The notes: generated by a model not told the origin, from the letters alone. A stretch of DNA of 64,000 bases from Octopus sinensis (GCF_006345805.1 NC_043012.1:26598001-26662000), one strand, 5' to 3'. Positions 38,359 to 51,994 are shown, numbered from the stretch's first letter. Numbers and translations are program-made.

Positions 38359-38869
38359 TGTTTTCACGTATATGAGCGTATGTATATGTATGTGTGTCTA
38401 TCTTTGTTTGTTTGTGTCTATCTGCATATCTGTTTCTGAGTATATGAATGTGTATTTTATCTGTGCACGCGCGCGCGTGTGTGTGTGTGTATATTTGCGT
38501 GTATATTAATAACAAATATTTCTGTGCACGTCTGTATATGTTTGTTCCTGTATGTGTTTGTATGTATGTGAGCAATATATCGCTTTCTGTATGTATGTAT
38601 GCGCGAATGTGTGTGTATGTGTGTATGTGCGTGTGTTTTCCCCCGTTCTTATCATTTTTATCGTTTCAGTATTAAATAAAATTATAATCTTTGGTTTTTT
38701 CCATTCCGATATTTACCAAATAAATATATTATTGTGTTTTTCTACATTTTATATTTTCAAGGAATGGAAAAAAAAGGTATTAAAAAATTCTATATTATCG
38801 TTTAGTAAATTTTATATTTATTAAATCTTAATATATATATTTTTGTAACAAATTCTAGACTGGATGACT

Positions 38870-40530
38870 TAACAAAATGTCAGATTGAACAGATTTGGAG
38901 AATGATAGAATCAGAGAAGAATTCAGTCTAGTGACTTTGACATTTCGTCTCCTCTAATAGGCTATCAAATGAAGTTTGTGAATGTGAGAATGTTAGATTA
39001 GGTGAAATAGTGGAACGATATTCGAACAACAAGCAAACTAGATTTAGAGACTTGTGCGTTTCATCTGTCAACGGTGTTTCAAAGTAGCTTTTGAAGATGA
39101 GGATATGAGAATATGGGATTAGGCGGCATAGAATGTTAAAATAAGAAGATAACAGGGCTTAAAGGATTCGGTATTTCGCTTACTCTCGACAAAAATACAA
39201 TGCAGTTTGCATATATGAGAATGTGGGATTGGACGGAATCGAGAGAATGATAGAATGATAGGGTAAATGTATCGAAGGAATTTGTTATTTCGTCTTTTCT
39301 CACAGACTGTCGAATGTAGTTCGTAAATGTGAAAATGCATGATACAACAGAATCGATAGAACGATAGAATGAGAGGGTAAATATGTCCGAAGAATTATAT
39401 ATTTCGTCTCTTTTCATAGGCCACCTAATGTAGTTCAGGAATATGAGAATGCGACGAAATCGGGAGAATGAGAGAATGAAAAGATCAAGGTCTAGAGGGT
39501 TCAGTGGTTTTTCTGTTACTGGCGTTACAATGCAGTTTGTGAATGCGAGAATAGAAGAATATGAGACAAGGCAGAATATAATGGTAGTGTGAGAAGACAA
39601 ATGAGTTTAAAGTATTTGGTGTTTTGCTTTCTCTCGATGTCATTACAATATAGTTCGTGAATGGGAAAATGTGAGATTCGAAAGAATGAGAGAATGTGGA
39701 GACGAAAGAGCCTAGAGATATTGAAATTTTCATATATATTTTCGTAGATTGCGAAAGTGAGAATGTGAGATTTAGCAGAACAGACAGAATAACAGAAGAC
39801 AGGTGGTTCTAAGGAATTCAGTTGTTTTATCTGTCAACGACATTAAGCTGTATGAGATGGTATAAAGAAGTTCCCGGGCTACTGCTGTCTACTAAAAGAA
39901 AAAAAAAACTTATTTACCTAAGTCTTAACATATCTCCTTCGAAATAGTTACCTTGCACAGCAATACACCGGTCCCAATGTCCCTGCTAATTTTGTAATCC
40001 GGCCTGGAAGTCGTTTTCCATAAGTGAGTCGAGGGTCTTTTACGAATGCTCTAGAACTCGACAACGGTGTAATTCGTGAATATGGGAATAAAAGAATAGG
40101 AGACAAGACACTTGCGCTTAACGGAATCGATGTTTCGCCTCCTGTCAAGGACAGTATAATGTAGTAAATAAATATGAGATTGTAGGTTTGGGCGGAATTA
40201 ATAGAATGATAGAATGGGCAGACAAATGTATCTAGAGAATATAATATTTAGTCTGTTATTGTAATGAAGGTTGAGAATATGAGAATGTGAGGTTGAAAGG
40301 AACCGATAGAATGATAAAAGGATAAAATGAGAGGCACGAGAGAATTCAGTGTTTCTTCTCTTTTCAACCGCATTACGCTGTAATGTGTGAATGTGAGAAT
40401 GTGAGAATAAGGAATTAGGCAGAGTAGAATGGTAGAATGAGAAGACAACTAGGTTTAAAGGATTCTGTGTTTCGCTTTCTTTCAACATTAAAATGTAGAT
40501 TGTGGTTCTAAAAATGTGAGACGAAGGGAC
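38870..40530. repeat. Ancient degenerate satellite, ~110-130-bp period, roughly a dozen units
   Basis: Recurring GAATGTGAGAATGTGAGATT..GAATGATAGAATGAGA..TTTCGTCT..AATGTAGTT. Confidence 0.75.
39853..40060 (-). mobile_element. Mariner 3'-end fragment with one TIR, interrupting the satellite
   Basis: rc reads FQAGLQN*QGHWDRCIAVQGNYFEG; TA + TGAGATGGTATAAAGAAGTTCCCGG TIR. Confidence 0.7.
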
Positions 40531-40602
40531 ACTACTGGCTATAATGAATTTAGTCTAGTTCACGTTAGGCTAGTTCGTGGAACCAAATGTTAAAGGCTGA
40601 GG

Positions 40603-41947
40603 TTATTACCTCCGCCTTAGCGAAGGCGGAGGTATTGTTTTCAGTCATGTTTGTTTGTCCGTGGACGAGATATCTCAAGAACCACGGGATGGATTTGGAT
40701 GAAACTTTCAGAGATGTTTGGTCTCATGACTGGCACGAAAGGATTAGATTTTAGGATCGATCCAGTACCGAACAAGGATTCTGGATTATTTACTATATTT
40801 ACTTTACTTTCCATGATTACGTTCTTACGTTCACTTTCAAGTCTTTCACAATTGTCTCCATTTAGGCTGTTTCCAAAGTTTTATTTTCATTTCTCTATTA
40901 TAAATTTTACTCGCGTCTCAATCTTAGTAGAAACTGATGGATACAGAAATCAAACTACATAAACAAACGGCAGCAAAACCGTTCAGAAATTAAATAACAC
41001 TAACATAATTTTGTAATATATATATTATATATTATACAGGCGCAGGAGTAGCTGTGTGGTAAGTAGCTTGTTTACCAACCACATGGTTCCGGGTTCAATC
41101 CCACTGCGTGGCACCTTGGGCAAGTGTCTTCTACTATAGCATCGGGCCGACCAAAGCCTTGTGAGTGGATTTGGTAGACGGAAACTGAAAGAAGCCCGTC
41201 GTATATATGTATATATATATATATGCGTGTGTGTGTTTGTCCCCCTAGCATTGCTTGAGAACCGATGCTGGTGTGTTTATGTCCCCATTACTTAACGATT
41301 CGGCAAGAGAGACCGATAGAATAAGTACTGGGCTTACAAAAGAATAAGTCCCGGGGTCGAGTTGCTCGATTAAAGGTGGTACTCCAGCATGGCCGCAGTC
41401 AAATGACTGAAACAAGTAAAAAAAAAAGTAAAAAGTATGCATATTAGCGCTTTACCGTATACTTACATATATACATACATGAATACATCGATGTAAAACA
41501 ATAGGAATACTAAATGAAGGGCGTAATTTAGGAGAAGAGAAAACCAAAATGTCCCATGCAATTCATTTAAAAATTCCTGAGTAGAACATATTATTATTAC
41601 CTCTGCCTTTGAAACTAATTTGAATGGTGAATTTGTTAACGTTAGCTTGTATTAGATATGGGTAAACTATTTATTACTGTTACTAAATTTTCTACAGCCA
41701 CCTACACATTCTAGAATGACTACCATTGGGATTGATCAGGTACTGGTCAAGGATTCTGGATTATTTATCCGGAGTTTTTTTTAAACTTAATTTTTGAGAG
41801 TCGTCGGGTTCATTTTTAGTATTCTCGTTTGTGAGAGCAGTCGAATTTACTTCAGATATTCTCATTTTAAAAATCGTTTCTGGCTAATCGTTGAGAGGAC
41901 GTTTGTGTTGCTTAAGCGGATGTTTGCACTCTCTGAGTGCTCTTGTT
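40603..41947 (+). mobile_element. Non-autonomous Helentron-associated (DINE-1/HINE-like) element containing a SINE A insertion
   Basis: 5' TT-ATTACCTCCGCC..GGCGGAGGT inverted repeat, (TTTG)n, 3' sub-TIR GCGGATGT plus hairpin GCACTC-TCT-GAGTGC-TCTTGTT. Confidence 0.65.
41038..41436 (+). mobile_element. SINE family A, full length
   Basis: Full family A sequence. Confidence 0.92.
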
Positions 41948-41969
41948 ATCATCATCATCATCATTATTA

Positions 41970-42000
<31 letters not shown>

Positions 42001-42151
42001 GTGAAAAATCACACCTTATTTTGCTGGCTATGATGGAATGTGTCAGTTGTCCATATCCAGCAAACTAAGGTGACACTTGTTTACTGGTCATGCTGCACGA
42101 ACCCTGCGAAGAAGTCTTGAAGTTCGAAGCAATAGAACCTTGCGAAGAATT

Positions 42152-43121
42152 GAGCAGTGCATACCATGAAAGTGACACTGGGGTACAAATATTCGAGGCC
42201 CAACATACGCATCATGATTTCAAGTCTGATAACGGTACACCAGGCACATGCATCATAACAATATGTGCGCGACATGGGGATCTGATATCAAGATAAACAG
42301 TGCATAACCTTGCAGGTGGGGTCCAGTTAGAATTTTCTTCAGGTCTTGTATCTCAACCTGCTCAAAAGGTCTCTGAATAAGGATTGTTTAAGGATGATGA
42401 ACGAAGCACTTTCGATTCCAGACGTGAACAATTCAAACCGCAAGGAATCCCCCTCAGCACATGGCAATGATGTTCTCACATTATTACTGCTCGTGATCAG
42501 AGCTGCATATATCGTCAGCCACTAAGGGACATGCTCAACTGATTAAGGTCAAGCAACTTCAGTCAAGTATGTGCTATTGGGCAAAATATTTACTGTAGCC
42601 CATGTTTTGTAACAAGAAAAATACGTACTTGATAATACTTCCAATCAGTCAAGATCAGAAGTCATAACAGTGAAAGTCTGGTATTGCATCAGGTCATTCA
42701 TTATTATTATTATTATTATTGAGTGAGAGAGCAGTGCATGCCATCAAAGTGACACTGGGGTAAAATATACGAAGCCCAATATACCCATCATGACTACCCG
42801 TCTGATAAAGGTACACCAGACACAGGCATCACAACCATATGTGCGCGACATGGTGATCTCATATCAAGATAAACAGCACATGACCTTGCAGGTGGGGCCC
42901 AGTTAGAATTTTCTTCAGGTTGAGTAGCCCATCCCGCTCAAAAGGTCCCTGAATAAGGGTTGTTTAAGGATGTTGAAAGAACCACCCATGTTTCCAGAGG
43001 TGAATTATTCAAACCTCAAAGAATCCCTCTCAACACATGGCTATGATGCTCCCCCACTACTTCTGCTCGTGATCAGAGATGCACATATCGTCAGCCACTA
43101 AGGGACATGCTCAACTTATTA

Positions 43122-43202
<81 letters not shown>

Positions 43203-43695
43203 TTGAGTGAGAGAGTAGTGCATGCCATCAAAGTGACACTGGGGTACAAATATACGAAGCCCAGTATACCCATCAGGACTACCGTCTGATAAGGGTACAC
43301 TAGGCACATGCATCACAACAATATGTGCGCGACATGGTGAATTTTCTTCAGGTCGAGTAACCCATCCCGTTCAAAAGGTCCCTGAATAAGGGTTGTTTGA
43401 GGATGTTGAATGAAAAACCCATGTTTCCAGAGGTGAATTATTCAAACCCCAAAGAATTCCTTTCAACATACGGCTATGATGCTCCCCCCACTACTTCTGC
43501 TCGTGATCAGAGATGCACATATCGTCAGCCTCTAAGGGACATGCTCAACATGTTATGGTCAAACAACTGACAGCAAATCTGTGGTATTGAGCAGAATATT
43601 TCCTGTAGCCCATCTTTTATACCAAGACAAAACAATGTACATGATAACACTTCCAATCAGTTAAGATCAGAAGCCATGAGAGCCACTGCTTATTA

Positions 43696-43769
<74 letters not shown>

Positions 43770-44304
43770 GAGTGAGAGAGCAGTGCATGCCATCAAAGTG
43801 ACACTGGGGTAAAATATACGAAGTCCAATATACCCATCATGACTACCCGTCTGATAAGGGTACACTAGGCACATGCTTCACAACCATATGTGCGCGACAT
43901 GGTGATCTCATATCAAGATAAACAGCACATGACCTTGCAGGTGGGGCCCAGTTAGAATTTTCTTCAGGTTGAGTAACCCATCCTGCTCAAAAGGACCCTG
44001 AATAAGGGTTGTTTAAGGATGTTGAATGAAACACCCATGTTTCCAGAGGTGAATTATTCAAACCCCAAAGAGTTCCTTTCGACATACGGCTATGATGCTC
44101 CCCCACTACATCTGCTCGTGATCAGAGATGCACATAACGTCAGCCTCTAAGGGACATACTCAACATGTTATGGTCAAACAACTGACAGCAAATCTGTGGT
44201 ATTGAGCAGAATATTTCCTGTAGCCCATGTTTTATACCAAGACAAAACAATGCACATAATAACACTTCCAATCAGTTAAGATCAGAAGCCATGAGAGCCA
44301 CTGC
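42152..44304 (-). mobile_element. Tandem array of four family C elements (42152-42697, 42721-43115, 43205-43689, 43770-44304) separated by (ATT)n
   Basis: The units share the end GAGTGAGAGAG(C/T)AGTGCATGCC (clipped in the first copy); the opposite ends are variably truncated. Confidence 0.9.
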
Positions 44305-44333
44305 TTATATTATTATTATTATTATTATTATTA

Positions 44334-44375
<42 letters not shown>

Positions 44376-44389
44376 GATGGCGAGCTATC

Positions 44390-44490
44390 ATTTCGTCCGT
44401 CGGTGGAATTTCAACTCCTAACGTGAAGACGGACAAAATGCCGCTAAGCAACTAGGCCGGTTTGCTAACGATTCTGCCATCTCGCCGCCT
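44390..44490 (-). mobile_element. SINE B2 head fragment
   Basis: GGAATTTCAACTC..CCGCTAAGC..CTAACGATTCTGCCATCTCGCCGCC. Confidence 0.65.
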
Positions 44491-44495
44491 TAATA

Positions 44496-44562
<67 letters not shown>

Positions 44563-45772
44563 TAATAATAATGACTTAGAAATCGATGAAATCAACATTT
44601 TAGACTATCACATGAAAGAAAAGCTATTAGGAAGGTATATTATAGACGCATTATATTAATACTAAATCGAAGAGAGAAAAAAGTAAAGAGCAATATAATA
44701 TATATTCCAGCTGTCCCAGTAATAAATTATGGTTACAATATCCTCAACGGGTTTCTAAACTAAATATAATTGCCAGTCTACACAAAACAAAATGGCTGTT
44801 GCTGGAACACACCATCCAATATGAGATATGGAAAGATTTAGTTTATTTGCGAATTAAGGACGATTAGGTTTTACTGTAACTATAAAACTATTGTGAAATT
44901 ATCTCCTGTAAAATTACAAATATATGTCGTCGGGAAGAACGGAAAAATTTAGACGTATAGCCATTAAACTATCAAATTTGTTTGTGATCATTTTATCTTC
45001 CATGAAACCAAGAAGTACAAAACTAGGAATGGCTGGTGTGACGGGAAGTTGTGGCGGTGAAACAAGACTAAAAATAAAATTGTGTAAAGTTTGAAAATTA
45101 AATTAAAATGGTGCCGGAGAATGCTTTTTTGATTTAAACGCTGCGCCAGTATTTTTAAAGGAACCGCTTAGTGGATACTACGAACCCTAGGTCTTGTTTG
45201 TAACTTTATTAATAGAACATAAGGGAAATGGCGGAAGAAATGTTACTAAGCATTTTGCCCGACGCACCATTCACAACCGTAAATTGAAGGATGTGATTAA
45301 CTGAGTACGTTGGGTGAAGTACTTGACTAATACCTTATTTAATCGACCACAGAAGAATGAAAAGCTTAGTTCTCCTCCGTGGGATTTGAACTCAAGACGG
45401 AAAGTTTCGGAACAAATACTGCAATACTCAACGACGTTCTGTTGACTCAGCCAATCCACGATCATACGATTAAAACAACAGTTTCTGATTTAGGCACAAT
45501 GCCAGCAATTTCGATGCACAGGTAGTGAGTCGAAGCCATTGATGCTAGAAATTAACTGGTACTTTATTTTAACGACCCCGATAGGAAGAGATGCAAAATT
45601 GACTTCGGAGGGATTAGAACTCAGAACCTAAAAAAGCACACCGTTCGTTTATGGTAATAACCATGTTTGTATGCATGTATGTATGTATGTATGTATTATG
45701 TATGTGTGTGTGATTGTGTGTGAGTGTCTGTGTCCGAATGTGTGTCTATGTTTATGTTTTCATACGTATATT

Positions 45773-45807
<35 letters not shown>

Positions 45808-45858
45808 TATACACACATATACATATAGATATGTGCATGTGTGTGTGTATACTTGAAT

Positions 45859-45889
<31 letters not shown>

Positions 45890-45970
45890 CATATACATAT
45901 AGGTTGTATATATACATACATATACATATAGAATGTATATATATATACATATGTATACGTATATATATAC

Positions 45971-46034
<64 letters not shown>

Positions 46035-46629
46035 TATTATATATATAATATATATACATATATATTTGTACATATATATATATATGTCTATATACGCGTG
46101 AATGAGTGCGCGCGCACAAACTTTTCCCCATAATGTAAATTCCTCTCTGATTTTAAATTATTCATAGAAAAAATATGTGATAAGAAACTCAAAATAATTT
46201 GACTATATACATGCATACATATATACCTGCATTCTTACATATATATTGGCTTGTATAAAGATATATCTATCTATTTCTCGCTCTCTCCCCCCCCTCTCTC
46301 TCTCTCTCCCTCTATACATATATATAAACATATATATGTGTATATATATATATATATATAAGAGAACAAAGTGTACGTACGCCGCTATGTATTTATATTC
46401 GTGTAACATCGTCCGTTTTCCTTGTTTCGTATACATTCGAAGCTTTTTTACAAGGAATCTGATGCTCTTAGCTTAGTTTTTGGTTGGGGCTGGTAGGATT
46501 GGATCTCAAGATTAATCAGCCGAAATCGCGAGGATGATCCGGTTCTTGACTGAAGATTAAAGGCTTCGAATGACCCGTCCGTGCTTTTTGTATCGTCTTC
46601 TGTATGTTTTACGTTCTTGTCCCATTTTG

Positions 46630-46660
<31 letters not shown>

Positions 46661-46972
46661 GCATACACACGCACACACACACAACACAAACATATATATA
46701 TATATACATAAATATATGCTCATATATATATATTGGCTTATATACATACATGTATATAGACGTATATGCCTATATACATACATACATTCACTCTCTCTCC
46801 CCCCTCTCTCTCTCTCTGTATCTCTCTCTCTATATATATATATAGAACTATGAACTTTTATGCCTCTTTTTTCTTCTCTCTTTCCATCTCCTTATTCTTT
46901 TACTGCCCTCCTCTATGTTATTATTTTATTAATATATACCATTCTCAATTTCCATATTATTTTCCCCAATTT

Positions 46973-47028
46973 GTCTCTGATGGCGAAATATCCCATACTC
47001 GAGGATACCCCAGAAACAGCTGTAAGAT
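46973..47028 (+). ncRNA. Degenerate Penelope-type hammerhead motif
   Basis: TCT-CTGATGG..TATCC(catactcga)GGATA..GAAAC-AGCT-GTA-AGA; A9 changed and stem II base distorted. Confidence 0.4.
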
Positions 47029-47063
47029 TTTAAATTTCTTCCTGTAATAATATTTTATATGAC

Positions 47064-48272
47064 TTGAGATGTTTGCCTTGCCTTAATGTTTGACATCCTG
47101 TTTAACAATTACATATTTGCTGCATCGGAAATCTGCAATGGCTCCATAACTACCGTCTCAGCTATAACCTCGGAGCCCTAGCAATCCATTACAGCACTTA
47201 ACTGGCGTACCTAATCGTTTAGATCACCTGTGAAGTAACCCGCATAATTTGAATATATATTTGAAATATATACGTTTTTATTATTATTTTGCAATTTACT
47301 TAATCATCGGTATATTATTGTTATTTTATTCTTAATATTTCTATTATATGTAATTTTCTAGATGGTGTAATTTAATTGTTCATTTTGAATAAAAGGTGGT
47401 TTTTTCTAATTTTTATATATATATCATATTTTGTGAAATTTGATTTAGTATATCTAAATTGAATTTTTTCCTGTAAGTTAGGAATAATACTCCCTCAAAT
47501 TATATATATATATATAATATATATATATGTATGTATATATATACTAGCTGAATGACCCGGCGTTGCCCGAGTTATTGCTGTTCTTATTCAGATTAGTAGA
47601 CAATAAATATAAAGGTATATTCTCATAATTATTTCAAAATAATTATATTTTATTAAAAATTATTTAAATTGTGATAATAATAGTATATCGAATTGCAAAT
47701 CTGTCAATGTCGAAGCACCCCAGTGTAAATAATATTCATTGTGTAATGATTTTTTGTTTTTTTTTAGTCGAAATGAATAAATTGTTGCTGCTTCCAACTC
47801 TCGAGTAACGTAGAGTTGGCCATGGGAGAAGCATGTAGTAGAGAGATCAAGTCAATCTACCTTGAGAGATTGACCCTGAGATTCGTTATTTGAAATACCG
47901 CAACTTAGTTTAATTGGAAATTGAAGCGCCATAAATTCAGACGGAACATCTGTAGGTATGAGAGGAATTTGTGGAATAAAGACATTTTCTCCTTTGTGAC
48001 CACCTGTTATGATTGTTGTTTCTAGGTGATGGAGAGCATCTTGGAGATGAACATAATTTTTAGCACTTAATTTGTTTTGATTGTTTGCCTTTGGGGTTTA
48101 GTTCACAGGTGATCTAAACGATTAGGTACGCCAGTTAAGTGCTATAATTGATTACAAGGGCTCGAAGGTTATAACCGTGACGGTAGTTATGGAGCCATTG
48201 CAGATTTCCGTTGCAGCGGATATATAGTTGTTAAACAGGACGTCAAACATTAAGTCAAGGTAAACAACTCAA
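47064..48272. repeat. ~170-bp inverted repeat pair (47064-47234 / 48102-48272) around an ~870-bp spacer
   Basis: e.g. ACTGGCGTACCTAATCGTTTAGATCACCTGTGAA vs TTCACAGGTGATCTAAACGATTAGGTACGCCAGT; scattered mismatches. Confidence 0.9.
47544..48070 (-). mobile_element. Helitron 3'-terminal fragment: helicase C-terminus plus terminal hairpin/CTAG
   Basis: rc LETTIITGGHKGENVFIPQIPLIPTDVP..QFPIKL..SQGQSLKV..CFSHGQLYV..RVGS; terminus CGGGCAACGCCGGG..CAGCTAG. Confidence 0.85.
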
Positions 48273-48561
48273 CAATAGCACACATATCAACCAGGTATTC
48301 CTGAAATTGATCACGATACATGTGTAATTGATTTGATTGTTCTGGTCTTAACAGCTGTTGGTAAGAATAGAAGTCATTTGACGAAACCTTTTCGTATGTA
48401 ACTGGCTCTCCTGTTCCAGGATCAATCTGTGGAATATTGAAAGGATAGCCATCTTTTCCTTTCTACAAAATAAAAGGATACCTCCGCGGACAACAAATAA
48501 ATACACAAACACACATATACACACACAAGCACACACACAAACATATATATATATATATATA

Positions 48562-48787
48562 TATTTCTTTATTGCCCACAAGGGGCTAAACATAGAGGGG
48601 ACAAACAAGAATAGACAAAGGGTTTTAAGTTGATTACATCAACCCCAGTGCGAAACTGGTACTTTATTTATCGACCCCGAAAGGATGAAAGGCAAAGACG
48701 ACCTCGGCGGAATTTGAACTCAGAACGTAACGGCAGACGAAATACAGCTACGCATTTCGCCCGGCGTGCTAACGTTTCTGCAAGCTC
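48562..48787 (-). mobile_element. SINE B1
   Basis: Full reverse complement. Confidence 0.9.
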
Positions 48788-49077
48788 GGAGCACGCCGTC
48801 GGTTACGACGACGAGGGTCCCAGCTGCTACGATGAACCGAACAGCTTGCTCGTGAAATTAACGTGCAAGTGGCTGAAGACAGACACGTGTACCTTTCACG
48901 AATGTCTCAGGGAAATTAAGCGTAACACAGAACGTGGGCCTTTGAGATAAAGGTACTACTCCAGTGGACTCGAGTTACGTGAAACTAAAGTGTCTTGCTG
49001 GAGGACACAACGCGTCAACAGGAATTGAACTGACGGCCTTACAATCGGGAGCGGAATGACCTAACCACTAAACCACG
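48787..49077 (-). mobile_element. tRNA-derived CORE-like SINE (family F)
   Basis: rc GTGGTTTAGTGGTTAGG..AGTTCAATTCC..TTGTGTCCTCCAGCAAGACACTT..CCCTCGTCGTCGTAACCGACGG tail. Confidence 0.65.
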
Positions 49078-49099
49078 TGACTCCACACACACATACATA

Positions 49100-49650
49100 T
49101 ATTCTTTTACGGAATTTGGGCTCAATTCTCCCCCCTTTTCATCTAACCTTCCCCCCGACTCACTTCTCTTCAGTATTTCATCTTTTCACCCCTACTCTAT
49201 TTCCCTCCTCTTCCCTTCTTTCCCTTCTTCCTCTTTATTCCCTCTTTTTCTCTCTTCTTCCCCTTCTTCCCTCTTCTTCCCTCTTCCCCTTCTCTCCCCT
49301 CTCCCCTCCCCTCTTTCACACGCACATACAGATTCTCTTATACACACACGCATCTTCGCTTTGGAAGTCACTTGACCCTGCTATCTCCCCTACCGTCCCT
49401 CTAGCGTCTGACCTCTGACCTCTGCCCGAAGTCGCCCGCAGTCAGAACGCCATGTTAGATCGTTAGCTCCTACACGCATTTTTTCTCTCCTTGTTTCTCT
49501 CCTTGTTTTTTTTTCTGTATATCTTTCTGTCGAAGAGCGTAGGCTCGAAACGTTCTATTTCTATTCCTGAGCGCCATACTAATACATTTGTTTGTTTGTA
49601 CTCCACCTGCCTTCGTCTTTTGTTTATTTTCGTAAACCTTCCCGTTATAT
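49100..49650 (+). mobile_element. Penelope-like element 3' end/pLTR (second copy) with variant hammerhead 49522-49554
   Basis: Begins at the last codons of the GIY-YIG ORF (TTTGGGCTCAATTCTCC); TCTTT-CTGTCGA-A-GAGC(gtag)GCTC-GAAAC-GTT. Confidence 0.8.
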
Positions 49651-49705
49651 ATATATATATATATATACATACATACATACATACATACATACATACATAC
49701 ATACA

Positions 49706-49737
<32 letters not shown>

Positions 49738-49741
49738 CATC

Positions 49742-49890
49742 AGTTTCTGTCGACCAAATCCACTCACTAAGCTTTGCTCGGATCAAGGCCATAGTAGAAG
49801 ACACTTGCCCAAGGTGTCACACAGTGGGACTGAATCCTGAATTTTGTGATTGGAAAGCAAGCTTCTTACCACACAGCCACACCTGCACCT
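49742..49890 (-). mobile_element. SINE family A 5' half
   Basis: rc of head and CORE-like domain. Confidence 0.8.
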
Positions 49891-50622
49891 CTGTATATAT
49901 GTATGTGTGTGTGTGTGTGTGTACAGAGAGAAGGATAGAACGAGAGGGAGAGAGATAGATATACACGTGCGTAAATACATACACAAACAAACATATCTAC
50001 GTATACATAAATATCCATGCGCATGAACCATGTATGCTCACACAGCATTCACATATACAGGCACCTCCGCGGATTACAAATAAACACACACACACGCACA
50101 CACACACACACACACACACATACACACACACACACACACCACGCGCGCGCATACATGTGCACAGGAACACGTATAGTCTGTAATTATACATCCTTGATAG
50201 AATACAGTTATTTTAAATCGGATTGCGAAATTAGCATTTTCAATAACTATATTTTGACATTATCGCTCTTACACCAGTAATTGCAAACTACTGCAAAAAA
50301 GACAAAGAAGAAAGCCATTAGAAGACAAGAGAATAACATTACCAATAGTAATAAGATTCCCTTCTATAGTATTATAGGGTCTAAAAATGATTTTGTGGTT
50401 TTATTGTATATTTATTGATAAATCTATTTATTTTTGTTGTCTCAAAAGTTCTAGCTGACTGTGCTACAGTTGCCGTTTTCAGTTTTTGGTTTCTAAGATA
50501 TTGAATTTTATTTTATCCTGCAGTTATCGTTTTTCATTCGCCATTAAAAGCAGTACTCTTACACACTGACAAACACCAAAATATATATATACATGTATAT
50601 ATATATATATATATAATATATA

Positions 50623-50658
<36 letters not shown>

Positions 50659-50659
50659 A

Positions 50660-50701
<42 letters not shown>

Positions 50702-50777
50702 TATATATATGTAATACATACATACTTATATGCATATATATGGATATAAATGTATATTTATATATATGTATATACAC

Positions 50778-50819
<42 letters not shown>

Positions 50820-51994
50820 TATATATATATATATATTTATATATATCATATATATTATATTGAGGGTACTACTATTCGTAAAATATATATATATATATAT
50901 GTATATATTATTATGTATATACATATGCACTTACATTTAATAGGCGCCTCCCAGCATGAACACAGCCAACAGGCTGGAACAGATAACAGAGCTCGTGCGT
51001 GTGTGTGTGTGTGTTTATGTATGTATATATAAGTATGTATGTATGTGTGTATATATATATATATATGTATATATATATGCATATGTATGTGATTGTGTGT
51101 ATGTGTGTGTGCGTGTGTGCATACTTAATGTATATATAAGTATATTTATGCATATACTTACAGAAGTACATACATGGATACATATATATGTATATAATAT
51201 ATATATATGTATACATACATATATAGATATGTGTACACACACACACACATATATATATGTATATTTAAATATATATATATATACTTACATATATGTATAT
51301 ATATATTTGTGTGTATATAGATACACACACAAACTCGCACACGCACGCAGTCTCGTACATACACATATATGGGCATAAAGGCAATAAGCCGGCAGAACCG
51401 AGAGAACATCGGAAAAAAAGCTTAACGGTATTCGTTCCAGCTCTTTTCATGCTGAATTCAAAACCCGCCGAGGTTAACTTTAACTTTTCCCCCTCCAGAA
51501 TCGATAAAATAAAGTAGAGATGCATAAAACCAGCTGTAAGTGTTTGAGATTTTGTGTGCGTCTATTTATTATGTGTAAGGATTTGCATAATTTAAACAAG
51601 ATTGAACCAAGCAAAATGAGTTAGATTGGCCGGTAGCATGTATTTGTATTACATAAACTAATACACGTATACCAAATGACAAACAACGTACATTCTTTAA
51701 TAAAATTACATCTTCAGCTCTGAATTATATCTCTTAGCTAATTTGTTTGACATTATATTAATTACCTAGGCCATAAATGTGTCATTGTCCCTTTGTATAA
51801 GCCTAAGCCCTTTGCCTATTGGACATATGGTCGGTCAACTGTTGCGCCGTGGACTACAATTGAGCCAGAAGTACATGTTCACAACTGTCCTCTTACCTTC
51901 ACGTTATAAGCCTTTCGTTTCCATAATGGTATGCCGGGTCTGGAGAAAATTCTTGACATTTGAAACTACCTCATCTTCTCATATGGGGATTTAG

